The notes beneath the pieces were generated by a model. That model saw only the letters and a program-made list of their open reading frames with translations, was not told the DNA's origin and did not search any database. A stretch of 64,000 bases of DNA from an uncultured Bacteriovoracaceae bacterium. GTDB taxonomy: Bacteria > Desulfobacterota > Desulfomonilia > UBA1062. The DNA lies in NCBI GenBank assembly GCA_964600235.1, contig CAZRIV010000008.1, positions 7,683 through 71,682 on the forward strand, given 5' to 3'. The position numbers and the translations under genes were made by a program. Of this stretch, positions 33,274 through 42,666 are shown piece by piece; within the stretch, counting starts at the first letter, position 1, and each line of letters begins with the position of its first letter.

Positions 33274-33534
33274 TCACTCCCCGCACGACGGCTTCCCGCA
33301 GCGCGCATCCCTGCCGCAGCAGGTCTTCCCGGTCGTCTCCAGCGAGCACGACCCGGCGGGGATAGAGGCCCGTCCCTGTCCTGCACCCCTGAAGATGAAG
33401 CCCGTCCCTCCGCTCACAAGGCGGCGCACCTCGGCGCCGCACTGCGGACACTGCCGGAGCGGTTCATCAGTCATGGCCTGCTCGTGTTCGAAACGCGAGC
33501 CGCATGTGGTACATTCATACTCGTAGGTCGGCAT
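33274..33534 (-). CDS. FmdB-family zinc-ribbon protein
   Basis: MPTYEYECTTCGSRFE...CPQCG is the FmdB signature. Gly/Ser-rich C-terminus. Confidence 0.65.
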   Translation of the reverse strand: MPTYEYECTTCGSRFEHEQAMTDEPLRQCPQCGAEVRRLVSGGTGFIFRGAGQGRASIPAGSCSLETTGKTCCGRDARCGKPSCGE

Positions 33535-34387
33535 GGTTCTCTCTCCTTGCCCTGTTCCATAATTCGCTAATATTAATCATAAGCTGTTCAAAGAGCGCCC
33601 GGTATTCTATCAGGGCGTCGACCATGAGGTCTCCCCTCGAATAGGCCTCGGCGATACGGCGGTCGTCCGGGATCTCCATGAGGATGGGCACGCCGGACTC
33701 CCGGCAGAAGGAGTGGACCCTGTCGTCGCCCACCCCTACCCGGTTGATCACCACGCCGAAGGGGATGGCGAGCTCGCGCACCATGTCGACGGCAAGCTTC
33801 AGGTCGTTCAGGCCGAAGGGCGTGGGCTCGGTTACCAGGACGACCAGGTCTGTTCCCTTGATGGTGGCGATCACGGGGCACGAGGTGCCAGGCGGCGCGT
33901 CCAGTATGGCCATCCTCTCCCCGTCGAGGCGTTCCTTCACGGCCCGTATGACAGGCGGCGCCATGGCCACGCCTACATCGATGCGGCCCTGAACCAGGGT
34001 GATATGCCCCGATTCGATGATCTCGACCTCGCCGATACGGCGGTCCTTCTCGGTTATGGCCTTTCTCGGGCAGACAAGCGTGCAGCCACCACACCCATGA
34101 CAGAGCTCCTCGAAGACCAGGGCCTCGTCGGTGAGCGCCGCGATGGCATTGAACTCGCAGATGGCGCTGCAAGCCCCGCAGCCGTCGCAGAGCGCCGCAT
34201 CCACCTGGGGCACGGGCATGGTTACCACCTCCCGGCTCTTCAGGACGCCCGTGAGGAACAGGTGGGCGTTCGGCTCCTCCACGTCGCAGTCTAGAAGCTT
34301 CACCGGCGTGGCGGATACCTTTGCCAGGTTAACGGACACCGTGGTCTTTCCCGTTCCGCCCTTGCCCGATGCCACGGAGACGATCAT
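33515..34387 (-). CDS. MinD/ParA-superfamily P-loop ATPase with inserted 2x[4Fe-4S] ferredoxin domain (second paralog)
   Basis: SGKGGTGKTTVSVNLA, then CDGCGACSAICEF and CHGCGGCTLVCP. Confidence 0.85.
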   Translation of the reverse strand: MIVSVASGKGGTGKTTVSVNLAKVSATPVKLLDCDVEEPNAHLFLTGVLKSREVVTMPVPQVDAALCDGCGACSAICEFNAIAALTDEALVFEELCHGCGGCTLVCPRKAITEKDRRIGEVEIIESGHITLVQGRIDVGVAMAPPVIRAVKERLDGERMAILDAPPGTSCPVIATIKGTDLVVLVTEPTPFGLNDLKLAVDMVRELAIPFGVVINRVGVGDDRVHSFCRESGVPILMEIPDDRRIAEAYSRGDLMVDALIEYRALFEQLMINISELWNRARRENHADLRV

Positions 34388-34923
34388 GATTCCGCCTCCG
34401 GATCGTTACCCGGACGGTATCCACGCCTCCCCCGACTCTGGGCCGATGCCTCGTTAACCTCGTGATGCCACCCGTCTCTCGTGCCCTCGATGCGGTCGAA
34501 CCTGCCCACATAGGGCTTGATGTCGAGCAGGGGTGTGCCGTCGAGGATGTCCACTCCGTCGAGGTGCAGTGTCGCACCTTCTCGCCTCACAAGCTCCACG
34601 ATACTCAGCCCGATGGGGTTGGGCCTGCAGGGAGCCCGGGTGGAAAATACCCCGCGCTCCACGTCCTGGAGAAAGGGCTGCACGGTCAGCCGTGCCAGGC
34701 CTGAGCGGTGGAAATGATAGATCAGGATGATGTGGGAGAATCCGTCGAGGTCCTTCAGTCCTTCAGCATACTCGGGCAGCACCTCGACCCTGCCGGTGCA
34801 GCCCTGTGCGTACACGCTCTGGATCGGCGTCCGCTCAGGGTCCGTATGGGTGCTGCGGATGATGCCGATGGGCCCGTAGGACAGGCTCAAGGGATTGGAC
34901 CTCATCCCTTCTTTCATACCCAA
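34384..34923 (-). CDS. TsaA/YaeB-family SAM-dependent methyltransferase (tRNA m6t6A37 methyltransferase-like)
   Basis: Conserved TsaA core ...IGIIRSTHTD...DLDGFSHIILIYHFH...RPNPIGLSIVEL... Confidence 0.75.
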   Translation of the reverse strand: MGMKEGMRSNPLSLSYGPIGIIRSTHTDPERTPIQSVYAQGCTGRVEVLPEYAEGLKDLDGFSHIILIYHFHRSGLARLTVQPFLQDVERGVFSTRAPCRPNPIGLSIVELVRREGATLHLDGVDILDGTPLLDIKPYVGRFDRIEGTRDGWHHEVNEASAQSRGRRGYRPGNDPEAES

Positions 34924-35276
34924 TGTCCCTCCACATCCGCGTCGTGTGCAGGCTTCAGACTGCCCGCCCGGAACCTGTCAAGGGCATCGGCAACGCTTGC
35001 GGCATCGGTGGTGTAGATGGCGATCCCGGCCGCCTTGAGCACCTTGAAGGCCTTGGGGCCGCAGTGACCGGTAACCAGGTGCGTCGCGCCCGTCCTGGCC
35101 ACGTTCTGGGCCGCCTGTATGCCCGCTCCCTGTGCGGCGTTCAGGTTCTGGGTGTTGTCCGTAATCTCAAAGGTCTGTCTGTCCAGATCGTACACGAGGA
35201 TCTTCGGCGCCCGGCCGAATCGGCTGTCAAGGGGTGCTTCCAGGCTGTCGCCCGAGGTGGTGAATGCAACCTTCAT
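34914..35276 (-). CDS. NifX/NafY-like dinitrogenase FeMo-cofactor-biosynthesis-domain protein
   Basis: The start is taken at MKVAFTTSGD. PF02579-like fold with ...HLVTGHCGPKAFKVLKAAGIAIY... Confidence 0.8.
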   Translation of the reverse strand: MKVAFTTSGDSLEAPLDSRFGRAPKILVYDLDRQTFEITDNTQNLNAAQGAGIQAAQNVARTGATHLVTGHCGPKAFKVLKAAGIAIYTTDAASVADALDRFRAGSLKPAHDADVEGHWV

Positions 35277-35311
35277 ATCCTTCTCCTTCTGCCGGTGTCT
35301 TATCGCCGGCA

Positions 35312-35755
35312 TCAATCATAGGCCTTCATGATCAGAGGGTCTTCGTCCATGAGGGGACCGGCAAGGTCCTTCATGTTCGAGCGCTCCCAGAAATCGAGAG
35401 CGTCGTGGTTCTTGAGGTACTTCATGGGGATGGGGTGTGTGCCCACCACCACGTCCAGGCCGTACTGCTTCTCGATGAATTCCTTGAAATCGGCTATATA
35501 AGGACACGGGGGGTACCCCACGACAAACCCGGTTGCCAGGTGGATGACCTCGGCGCCGTTCTTCTTCATCTCGGCAGGGACATATTCCACGTTCCCTCCG
35601 GGACACCCCCCGCAGCCGGAATAACCCACCACCTCCACGTCCTCGTCCGCGGGGTATATCGCGAAGGCCCCGCACCTTTCCCTGAGCGCCCGGAAGCACT
35701 TTCCGCCACCGCACGTACGGTAGCGCTCACAGATGATGATGCCGATCTTTTTCAT
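35312..35755 (-). CDS. CGGC-domain protein
   Basis: MKKIGIIICERYRTCGGGKCFRA...GYSGCGGCPGG matches the CGGC-domain signature. Confidence 0.75.
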   Translation of the reverse strand: MKKIGIIICERYRTCGGGKCFRALRERCGAFAIYPADEDVEVVGYSGCGGCPGGNVEYVPAEMKKNGAEVIHLATGFVVGYPPCPYIADFKEFIEKQYGLDVVVGTHPIPMKYLKNHDALDFWERSNMKDLAGPLMDEDPLIMKAYD

Positions 35756-35756
35756 A

Positions 35757-36095
35757 TTATTCTTTTCCTGTTTTTTTGATTTCTCCACCGGGCTTCCCTC
35801 CCTGTTCATCAGGGCCCTCGATGGCCTTCGGCGTCACGACCACCGCCTTTACCCGCTGCGGTTCCTTCCTTTTCTCCAGCACCCGCCGCGCAAAGGCCTT
35901 GATCCTGCTGTCGGGCTGTCTGAGGTCGTGCACGGCGATCCCGGCGATCCATGCCAGCACCGGCCCGAGGACGGGGGCCCTCCTGAACAGGCGCATGGGT
36001 ATCATGGATGCGCCGGGCAGGTTTTTCCCCAGGGTCTTCATCAGGATATTCTTCCCCCACCTGAACCTCCATGGTCCTCCCGAGTGTGTATTCAT
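35757..36095 (-). CDS. Hypothetical small membrane protein (operon member)
   Basis: An ATG overlaps the upstream stop (ATGA) and there is one hydrophobic helix (VLGPVLAWIAGIAV). No domain is recognised. Confidence 0.35.
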   Translation of the reverse strand: MNTHSGGPWRFRWGKNILMKTLGKNLPGASMIPMRLFRRAPVLGPVLAWIAGIAVHDLRQPDSRIKAFARRVLEKRKEPQRVKAVVVTPKAIEGPDEQGGKPGGEIKKTGKE

Positions 36096-36667
36096 GGCAT
36101 CTGGTCCTCTTTTGTCCGTATGCCCCTCGGATCGGGTCCCCTGACCAGCGCACTCCCGCATACGGGGCACTTCTTCCGCGAGCAGGGGACGCCCCGCTCA
36201 TGCGGTTCGCTGTGAGGGCAGTTCGGACAGATACAGGTGAACCCTGATTCTCCCCCGGTGGCATCCCCCATTACGCACCTTCCCTTTCCTAAGCGCATGC
36301 CCATGCCGCTGCCCCCACGGCCTCTAACCTGCCGGCAGCATCCGGGCATGGCGAAAATATCGTCATGGATACTACCGTCGAGACTCGCCTGGATCACCGT
36401 GCGCAGTTCCCCGGCGACAAACGGGATCACCGTGATGCCGCAGGATGCGACAAGGTCCTGCAGCGGACGAGATATGGCGCCGCAGACCAGTGTGTTAACC
36501 CCGAGGTTTTCGAGGCACCGGGCCTTCGCCGCCGGGTCGTCGCCGGGCATCGCCTCGTCGGACTCGCGCACGATCCGGCCTTGGTCGCTCTCCACGATGA
36601 AGACCTGCCGGGCCACGTCGAAGACCGGGGCGATTCTGTTGTTCCAGGAGGAAAATGCTGTTTTCAT
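36092..36667 (-). CDS. NifX/NifB-like FeMoco-biosynthesis-domain protein with Cys-rich C-terminal extension
   Basis: N-terminal PF02579 fold (MKTAFSSWNNRIAPVFDVARQVFIV...LVCGAISRP...). The C-terminus carries CICPNCPHS...CPVCG zinc-ribbon-like motifs. Confidence 0.75.
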   Translation of the reverse strand: MKTAFSSWNNRIAPVFDVARQVFIVESDQGRIVRESDEAMPGDDPAAKARCLENLGVNTLVCGAISRPLQDLVASCGITVIPFVAGELRTVIQASLDGSIHDDIFAMPGCCRQVRGRGGSGMGMRLGKGRCVMGDATGGESGFTCICPNCPHSEPHERGVPCSRKKCPVCGSALVRGPDPRGIRTKEDQMP

Positions 36668-36701
36668 AAGCGTTCAGGCAATCCTTCTTTCTGTCCTTAT
36701 T

Positions 36702-36720
36702 CAGCATAGTCCATGCCAGG
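36702..36720 (-). promoter_or_regulatory. Candidate sigma-54 (-24/-12) promoter of the NifX-like/Fe-S operon
   Basis: The minus strand reads CTGGCATGGACTATGCTG. The GG-N10-GC spacing matches TGGCAC-N5-TTGCW with mismatches. It is ~35-50 nt upstream of ATG 36667 and directly downstream of the sigma-54 activator gene. Confidence 0.3.
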
Positions 36721-36851
36721 TCCTATCCAGTAGAATATAAAGCCTTCAACACCTTGATATATTTGGATTATCCTGCGTATTTCAGGGGAAGAGCCATATC
36801 TTATCAGTCGCGATATTGCGACTCTGTAGGTTTATTATAGTCCCATTTATG

Positions 36852-38246
36852 CTACTGTTTCACATGGCGGGCAGCACGGCCGTCTTTTCCTTCCGTATGG
36901 ATCCCGTGCTTCTTGATCTTCCTGAACAGGGTGCTCTTGTGGATGCCGAGCTCACGCGCCGCTGCAAGGCGGTTGTTCGCGTTGCGCTCCAGGGCCTTCC
37001 GGATGGCCTGCGCCTCCAGCATGTCTCCTGCCGATTTCATGCCCGGATGAGCCCTGCCCTCGGAGTAGCGCACGGTCAGCTCCTCGGGAAGATGTGAAAT
37101 ACCGATAGTGCCTTTTTCGCAAAGGATGAATGCCCGCTCGACAACGTTCTCCAGCTCCCTTATGTTGCCCGGCCAGTCGTGGGCCATGAGCAGCGACAGG
37201 GCCTCCGTGGTGATGCCCTGGACGGATTTCTTCTGCAGCGCGTTGAAGTGGGCGATGAACTGCTCGGAGAGCAGCGGTATGTCTTCCTTGCGCCTGCGCA
37301 GCGGCGGCAGCTCCAGGCGGACCACATTCACCCGGTAGTAGAGGTCTTCACGGAAGAGGCCGAGCTTCACCTGGCGGGCCAGGTCCTTGTTGGTGGCCAC
37401 GATGACCCGGGCATCGGCGGTCTCGGAAAAAGTGGCGCCCAGGGGCTCGTACTTCCTGTCCTGGAGGACCCGCAGCAGCCTCACCTGCAGGGCCGGGCTC
37501 ACCTCGCCGATCTCGTCGAGAAACAGAGTCCCGCCCCTGGCCAGGGCGAACCGGCCCGGTTTGTCCTTTGCGGCGCCTGTGAAGGCCCCTGCCTTGTAGC
37601 CGAAGAGTTCGGACTCCAGAAGCGTGTCGGGCAGCGCCCCGCAGTTGACCGCGATGAAGGGCCCTTCACGCCTGGGGCTCAGGGCATGGATGGTCCTGGC
37701 CACCACCTCCTTGCCCGTGCCGGTCTCGCCGAGGATGAGCACGGTGCTGGGGCTTGCCGCCACGGCCGGGATGACCTCGAACACCTTCTGCATGATGGGG
37801 CTGCGGCTCGCAAGCTCGCCCACGTGGGAGCGTCCGGCCAGCTCCTGGCGGAGTTCCTCGAGCTCGGACAGGTCGCGGAAGGTCTCCGCGCCTCCGATGA
37901 TGCGGCCTTGAGCGTCCTTCAGCATGGCCGTGGAGACGCTGATGGGGATGCGCTGCCCCCTGGCATCGATGATGTAGCAAGACTTCCCGATCACCTGCTT
38001 TCCGTTCTTCAGGGTGCGCTTCAGGGCGCAGTCGACCTCGCACATGCTGGAGCGGAAGACCTCCGAGCAGAGCCTCCCGATGGCTTCATCCCTCGGTATG
38101 CCCGTGATCTCTTCGGCCGCGCGGTTGAAGGAGGTGACGACCCAGTCCCTGTCCACCGTGAACACCCCGTCGGAGATGCTCTCCAGGATTTCACCGGTGA
38201 GCGTGGATAGCTGCGGTGTGCGTTTCCTTACGGCCTTGTCACCCAT
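36852..38246 (-). CDS. Sigma-54-dependent transcriptional activator (PAS sensor + AAA+ + Fis-type HTH)
   Basis: PAS domain, then AAA+ with [14 protein letters not shown] and ESELFGH motifs, and a C-terminal HTH. Confidence 0.9.
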   Translation of the reverse strand: MGDKAVRKRTPQLSTLTGEILESISDGVFTVDRDWVVTSFNRAAEEITGIPRDEAIGRLCSEVFRSSMCEVDCALKRTLKNGKQVIGKSCYIIDARGQRIPISVSTAMLKDAQGRIIGGAETFRDLSELEELRQELAGRSHVGELASRSPIMQKVFEVIPAVAASPSTVLILGETGTGKEVVARTIHALSPRREGPFIAVNCGALPDTLLESELFGYKAGAFTGAAKDKPGRFALARGGTLFLDEIGEVSPALQVRLLRVLQDRKYEPLGATFSETADARVIVATNKDLARQVKLGLFREDLYYRVNVVRLELPPLRRRKEDIPLLSEQFIAHFNALQKKSVQGITTEALSLLMAHDWPGNIRELENVVERAFILCEKGTIGISHLPEELTVRYSEGRAHPGMKSAGDMLEAQAIRKALERNANNRLAAARELGIHKSTLFRKIKKHGIHTEGKDGRAARHVKQ

Positions 38247-38458
38247 CGTAATTGTCCTGTCCGGCCCGGTCGTACCAGACCATGAGGGTTATCCTTATAC
38301 CATATCGCCGAGGACTTCAAAGGGCAAGAGGCCTTCTTGAAATGCATGATACTGCTGAGCAGCGCTTTCCATATGGAGATCTTTCCCATGCCGGTGGCCG
38401 TTTTTTATGGTATTATCAGCCATTCATTGAAAAGTGACCGGCTTCAAGGGGAGGCCCC

Positions 38459-39478
38459 ATGCCTGAACTGAAGTTTGAACCGGAGCTCTGCGCAACGTGC
38501 ACCACCATCGACTGTGTCATGAAGTGCCAGTACATGGACCTGGACCTTGCCAGGGCAAGGGATGAACATGACCGGCTCGTGCGCAAAGAGCGTTCATCGA
38601 TCCTCACCGACTGTGTCACCTGTTATGCCTGCGAGGAATACTGCCCTTGCGGCAACCACCCCTTCTACCTCATCGTGGAGAGGCAGGAACAGCTGGACAT
38701 CCATCCCGTCCCTGTGCCCATCGAGAAATCCCAGGTGGTCATGATGGCCCCCAGGGGCAGGATCGTCCCCGAAGAGGTGCATGCCCCGGTGATCGACATG
38801 TGCTTTTTCGACATCATGAAGGCAGGCATCAGGGGAAGGCTCTTCGAAGGCGCCACCACCATAGGGGGAAGCGATGTCTTCTGCAACCTCATGTTCCTCC
38901 ACTTCGCCCGCAACTCCACCATCAAGGAGCGGCTCCCGCTGATCATGGAGAACATCATGCGTTTCCACCTGGAGCCCTCGGGCGTCTCCGAGCTCATCTG
39001 CTTCCACGACGAGTGCTACGGCACCTACACCTCCTGGGCGAAGGCCTTCGGTCTCGAGGTGCCCTTCAAACCGGTCCACTTCTTCGACTACCTCTACCAC
39101 CGTCTCGTCGAGATGAAGTCCGAGATAAAACCGCTGAACGTGAAGGTGGCCTACCAGCGCCCGTGCTCCAACCGGCTCTGCCCCGAGACCGACCACTACG
39201 TGGACGACATCTTCGGCCTTATCAGTGCCGACAGACCGAAGAGGACCTACGAGTACGGCAATGCCCTGTGCTGCGGGGGCGTGCCCGAGGCCGCCCAGCG
39301 CTTCGACCTGGTGGACGATATCAGGGGCAGGAACGTGGAGGACATGAGGGCCGCAGGCGTCCAGTACTGCGTGTTCAACTGCCCGTTCTGCTTCTGGACC
39401 CTGGCAGAGCCCGTGGCCAAGGCGGGTATTTTCCCCATCATGATGTCGGACCTGTGTCTCATGGCGCTTGGGGAGTGA
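38459..39478 (+). CDS. (Fe-S)-binding protein, ferredoxin + CCG (Cys-rich) domains (GlcF/LutA/HdrD-like)
   Basis: CATCTTIDCVMKC and CVTCYACEEYCPCG, then a CCG-domain CCGG motif. RBS GGGGAGG. Confidence 0.85.
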   Translation: MPELKFEPELCATCTTIDCVMKCQYMDLDLARARDEHDRLVRKERSSILTDCVTCYACEEYCPCGNHPFYLIVERQEQLDIHPVPVPIEKSQVVMMAPRGRIVPEEVHAPVIDMCFFDIMKAGIRGRLFEGATTIGGSDVFCNLMFLHFARNSTIKERLPLIMENIMRFHLEPSGVSELICFHDECYGTYTSWAKAFGLEVPFKPVHFFDYLYHRLVEMKSEIKPLNVKVAYQRPCSNRLCPETDHYVDDIFGLISADRPKRTYEYGNALCCGGVPEAAQRFDLVDDIRGRNVEDMRAAGVQYCVFNCPFCFWTLAEPVAKAGIFPIMMSDLCLMALGE

Positions 39479-39487
39479 GGAGAGATC

Positions 39488-40876
39488 ATGGAACGTTCGG
39501 CGATAATCAAACGGCTGAAGGCCATCGTGGGCGATGCCTGTGTCTCGGATGCCCCCGAGGAACTCTTCATCTACTCGCGGGACCAGGGGGTCCAGGAACC
39601 TCACCTGCCCGACTGGGTAGTCATGCCGGCGAGCACCGGCGAGGTGGTCTCCATCCTGAAACTCGCCTCCCGGGAGAAGATCCCGGTGGTGCCCATGGGC
39701 GGAGGGCTCGTGCTCTCGGGTCTGTCCGTGCCGCTGCAAGGAGGCATCGTGCTGGACATGAAGCGCATGAACCGCATCCTTGAGGTAAATGAGCACAGCC
39801 ACTACGCGGTGGTGGAGGCAGGGACCTCCCAAGGTATGCTCGATGCCTATCTCAGGAAGCATCACCCCGGCCTCAAGCACTCGCTGCCCGACGCGCCTCC
39901 TGGGGCCACCGTTGCGGGAAACATCGCCATCCACGGCTCCGGACACCTCTCCCAGAGCGAGGGCGGGTTCCACTCCGAGATGGTCACCGGGCTCGAGGTG
40001 GTGCTCGCGAGCGGCGAGGCCGTGAAGATCGGCTCGTGCTCCACCGTGCCTGCCTGGTTCTCCCGGGCACCCCTGCCCGACCTGGCGGGCCTGTTCCTCG
40101 GCTGGAACGGCACCACCGGTGTCATTACCAAGGTGGGCATCAAGCTTTTCCCCCGTCCGAAGCACCATGATGTCCTGGTCTACATGACCGAGGACATCGA
40201 CCTGGCCCCGTTGGTGCTTTCCCGGGTGATCGGCACCTCCATGGCCGAGGACATCAACTACGCCCTGGCGCCCAAGCCGGACTACCTGAACGGTTTCCAG
40301 ATGACCGTGATCAACTTCACGGCCGCCTCCGAGGACGAGCTCACCTTCAAACGCAAGAAGCTCCGCTCGGTGATGAAGGACCTCTACGACACGAAGAGGT
40401 CCGGGTTCATGCCCATACCCCCGAACATGAAGGCGGGCTTCCTCGAGGCGCCCCAGAAGGCCCTGAGCAAGTTTGCCGACGTGCGCAAGGGCGGCGGGTT
40501 CGAGTATGTGGGCGCCATCATGCCCATCGAGAAGATCCCGGATGCCTGCAGGGCGGGCATGGCCATCACGGCGCGGCACAACATCACCTACTCATTGGGT
40601 TCCCGCATCATCGGGCGCGGGCACGCGGCCATGTTCTTCTTCGCCTACCCCTTCAACCGGGTGGACAAAGATGAGGTGGAGCGGGTGAAACAGGCCCTGG
40701 ATGACACCAACGAGACGGCCCTGGCGCTGGGCGGCATCCCCTGGAAAACCGAGGTGCAGGGCCAGCAGCTCATCCTCAAACAGATGGACCCAGCCACACG
40801 TGCCCTCATCAAGCGGATCAAGGGGGTCCTCGATCCGGACGGGATCATGAATCCCGGCAACTGGGAGGTGGCCTAG
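39488..40876 (+). CDS. FAD-binding oxidoreductase (GlcD/D-lactate dehydrogenase family FAD-linked oxidase)
   Basis: FAD_binding_4 domain (VVPMGGGLVLSG...) plus the C-terminal FAD-oxidase_C domain. 462 aa. Confidence 0.9.
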   Translation: MERSAIIKRLKAIVGDACVSDAPEELFIYSRDQGVQEPHLPDWVVMPASTGEVVSILKLASREKIPVVPMGGGLVLSGLSVPLQGGIVLDMKRMNRILEVNEHSHYAVVEAGTSQGMLDAYLRKHHPGLKHSLPDAPPGATVAGNIAIHGSGHLSQSEGGFHSEMVTGLEVVLASGEAVKIGSCSTVPAWFSRAPLPDLAGLFLGWNGTTGVITKVGIKLFPRPKHHDVLVYMTEDIDLAPLVLSRVIGTSMAEDINYALAPKPDYLNGFQMTVINFTAASEDELTFKRKKLRSVMKDLYDTKRSGFMPIPPNMKAGFLEAPQKALSKFADVRKGGGFEYVGAIMPIEKIPDACRAGMAITARHNITYSLGSRIIGRGHAAMFFFAYPFNRVDKDEVERVKQALDDTNETALALGGIPWKTEVQGQQLILKQMDPATRALIKRIKGVLDPDGIMNPGNWEVA

Positions 40877-42037
40877 ATGGACAGTGCATACCGCGACATC
40901 CTTCACAGGTGCTTCCGCTGCGGCTGGTGCAAGTTCCCGCTCAACTATACCGACTTCAACTGTCCCGCCTATCTGAAGTTCCGCTTCGAGTCGTTCTCTT
41001 CGGGCGGCAGGATGTGGCTCATCAGGGCATGGCAGGACGGAGAGATCGCCACCAGCGAACGTCTCGGGCAGATCCTCTTCTCGTGCGTCACCTGCAGGAA
41101 CTGCGTGGAGGCATGCGCCATACCGGGCATAAAGGACAAGCTGGTGGACGTGTTCATCGAGGCTCGCTCGGACATGGTGGAACAGGGCAGGATACCGCCA
41201 AAGGTGAGGGACTACTTCAAGGCCATCAGCGTAAACGGCAACCCCTACAAGATGCCGGCTGGTGACAGGGGGAAATGGTCTGACGGCCTCGGACTGGACA
41301 GGTATGAAGACCAGGAATATCTCTTCTATGTGGGGGACGAGGGCGCCTTTGACGAGATGGGCCAGAGGATGGCCCGGTCCGTGGCCACGCTCATGAAGCG
41401 GGCCGGGTTGTCTTTCGGCGTCATCTTCGAAGACGAACTCACCGACGGCAACGACGTGCGCGCCCTGGGTGAGAAGGGCCTGGCCGCATACCTGGCCCAG
41501 CAGAATATCGCGCTCATGATCGCTCGCGGGGTGAAAAAGGTCATCACGCTGTCCCCGCATGCGTTCAATGCCATGAAGAACGAATACCCCGCCCACGGCT
41601 CGACCATACACGTGGAGCACTACACCCAGACGTTGCGGCCCCTTATGGGGAGCCTCGGCGCCGGGGCGTCCACCGGCAGGGTGGTGACCTACCACGACCC
41701 CTGCTACCTGGGTAGGTGGAACAACGAGTACCTCGCCCCACGCCAGATCCTGAAATCCGTCAAGGGGCTCAAGCTCGTGGAAATGGACAGGGCAATGAAA
41801 AACGCCCTGTGCTGCGGGGGCGGAGGGGGCAACTTCTTCACGGACATGCTCGGCACAGGGCCTGACCTGGCGGCTCGGGCACGGGTGAAAGAGGCGCTCG
41901 CAACGGGTGCGGACACCATCGCCGTGGCCTGCCCACAATGCCTGAGGATGCTCGGAGATGCCGTGAAGGACGAAGGCGTCGAAGACATGATCCAGGTGAG
42001 GGAGATCTCCGAAATCGTGAACGAAGCCGCGCCCTGA
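40877..42037 (+). CDS. (Fe-S)-binding protein with two CCG domains (GlcF-like)
   Basis: CFRCGWCKF...CPAY and CVTCRNCVEAC ferredoxin motifs, then CCGGGGGNF CCG domains. Confidence 0.85.
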   Translation: MDSAYRDILHRCFRCGWCKFPLNYTDFNCPAYLKFRFESFSSGGRMWLIRAWQDGEIATSERLGQILFSCVTCRNCVEACAIPGIKDKLVDVFIEARSDMVEQGRIPPKVRDYFKAISVNGNPYKMPAGDRGKWSDGLGLDRYEDQEYLFYVGDEGAFDEMGQRMARSVATLMKRAGLSFGVIFEDELTDGNDVRALGEKGLAAYLAQQNIALMIARGVKKVITLSPHAFNAMKNEYPAHGSTIHVEHYTQTLRPLMGSLGAGASTGRVVTYHDPCYLGRWNNEYLAPRQILKSVKGLKLVEMDRAMKNALCCGGGGGNFFTDMLGTGPDLAARARVKEALATGADTIAVACPQCLRMLGDAVKDEGVEDMIQVREISEIVNEAAP

Positions 42038-42159
42038 AAATGCTGCACACAGCATTGTGATTTCTTAAGAAGAAGCCATTTTCTGGCCATGCTCAAAAAT
42101 ATCGGGATTGCTAATGAGAAGCTTTCCGGTTATGGAGAGATAAAATTTTGGAGAATCCT

Positions 42160-42525
42160 ATGAAGATTGCACTGCCTTCGAACGGAACCATGGTTGATGG
42201 TCATTTCGGCCACTGTGAATATTTTACGGTTATAACGGTAGACGATAAGAGGAAGATCGTGAACCAGGAACTGGTGCAGCCTCCTGCCGGTTGCGGATGC
42301 AAGTCCAACATAGTGGGCACGCTGGCGGACATGGGGGTAAAGGTGATGCTCGCCGGGAACATGGGCGCCGGGGCAGTCAATGTCCTGAACTCTCACGGGA
42401 TCGAGGTTGTACGCGGGTGCAGCGGCAACGTGCGGAAAGTGGTTGAGGACTGGCTCAGTGGCACCTTGAATGACTCGGGAACGACATGCGCCTCCCACGA
42501 CGGATGCGGCGATCATAGCCATTAA
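42160..42525 (+). CDS. NifX/NifB-like FeMoco-biosynthesis-domain protein
   Basis: MKIALPSNGTMVDGHFGHCEYFTVI...MLAGNMGAGAV... matches PF02579. Confidence 0.8.
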   Translation: MKIALPSNGTMVDGHFGHCEYFTVITVDDKRKIVNQELVQPPAGCGCKSNIVGTLADMGVKVMLAGNMGAGAVNVLNSHGIEVVRGCSGNVRKVVEDWLSGTLNDSGTTCASHDGCGDHSH

Positions 42526-42666
42526 ATCATCGCGTGGTTCAATGCGCGGCAAAGGGACATCCTTACTGTTATCAGCTTTTCAGCAGGTGTGAACCCTTTT
42601 TTCGGTCCGGGCATCATTGATCAGCACTATAAACATGCCCCTACCCCTTTTCTTCGTGCCCAGAGC

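Noticed and set aside
38594-42055. 661-aa and 487-aa minus-strand ORFs, and a 378-aa plus-strand alternative frame, across the FAD-oxidase/Fe-S genes
   Set aside because: They overlap three plus-strand genes with clear ferredoxin, CCG and FAD-oxidase motifs and good RBSs. The alternative frames are Gly/Arg/His-rich without domains.
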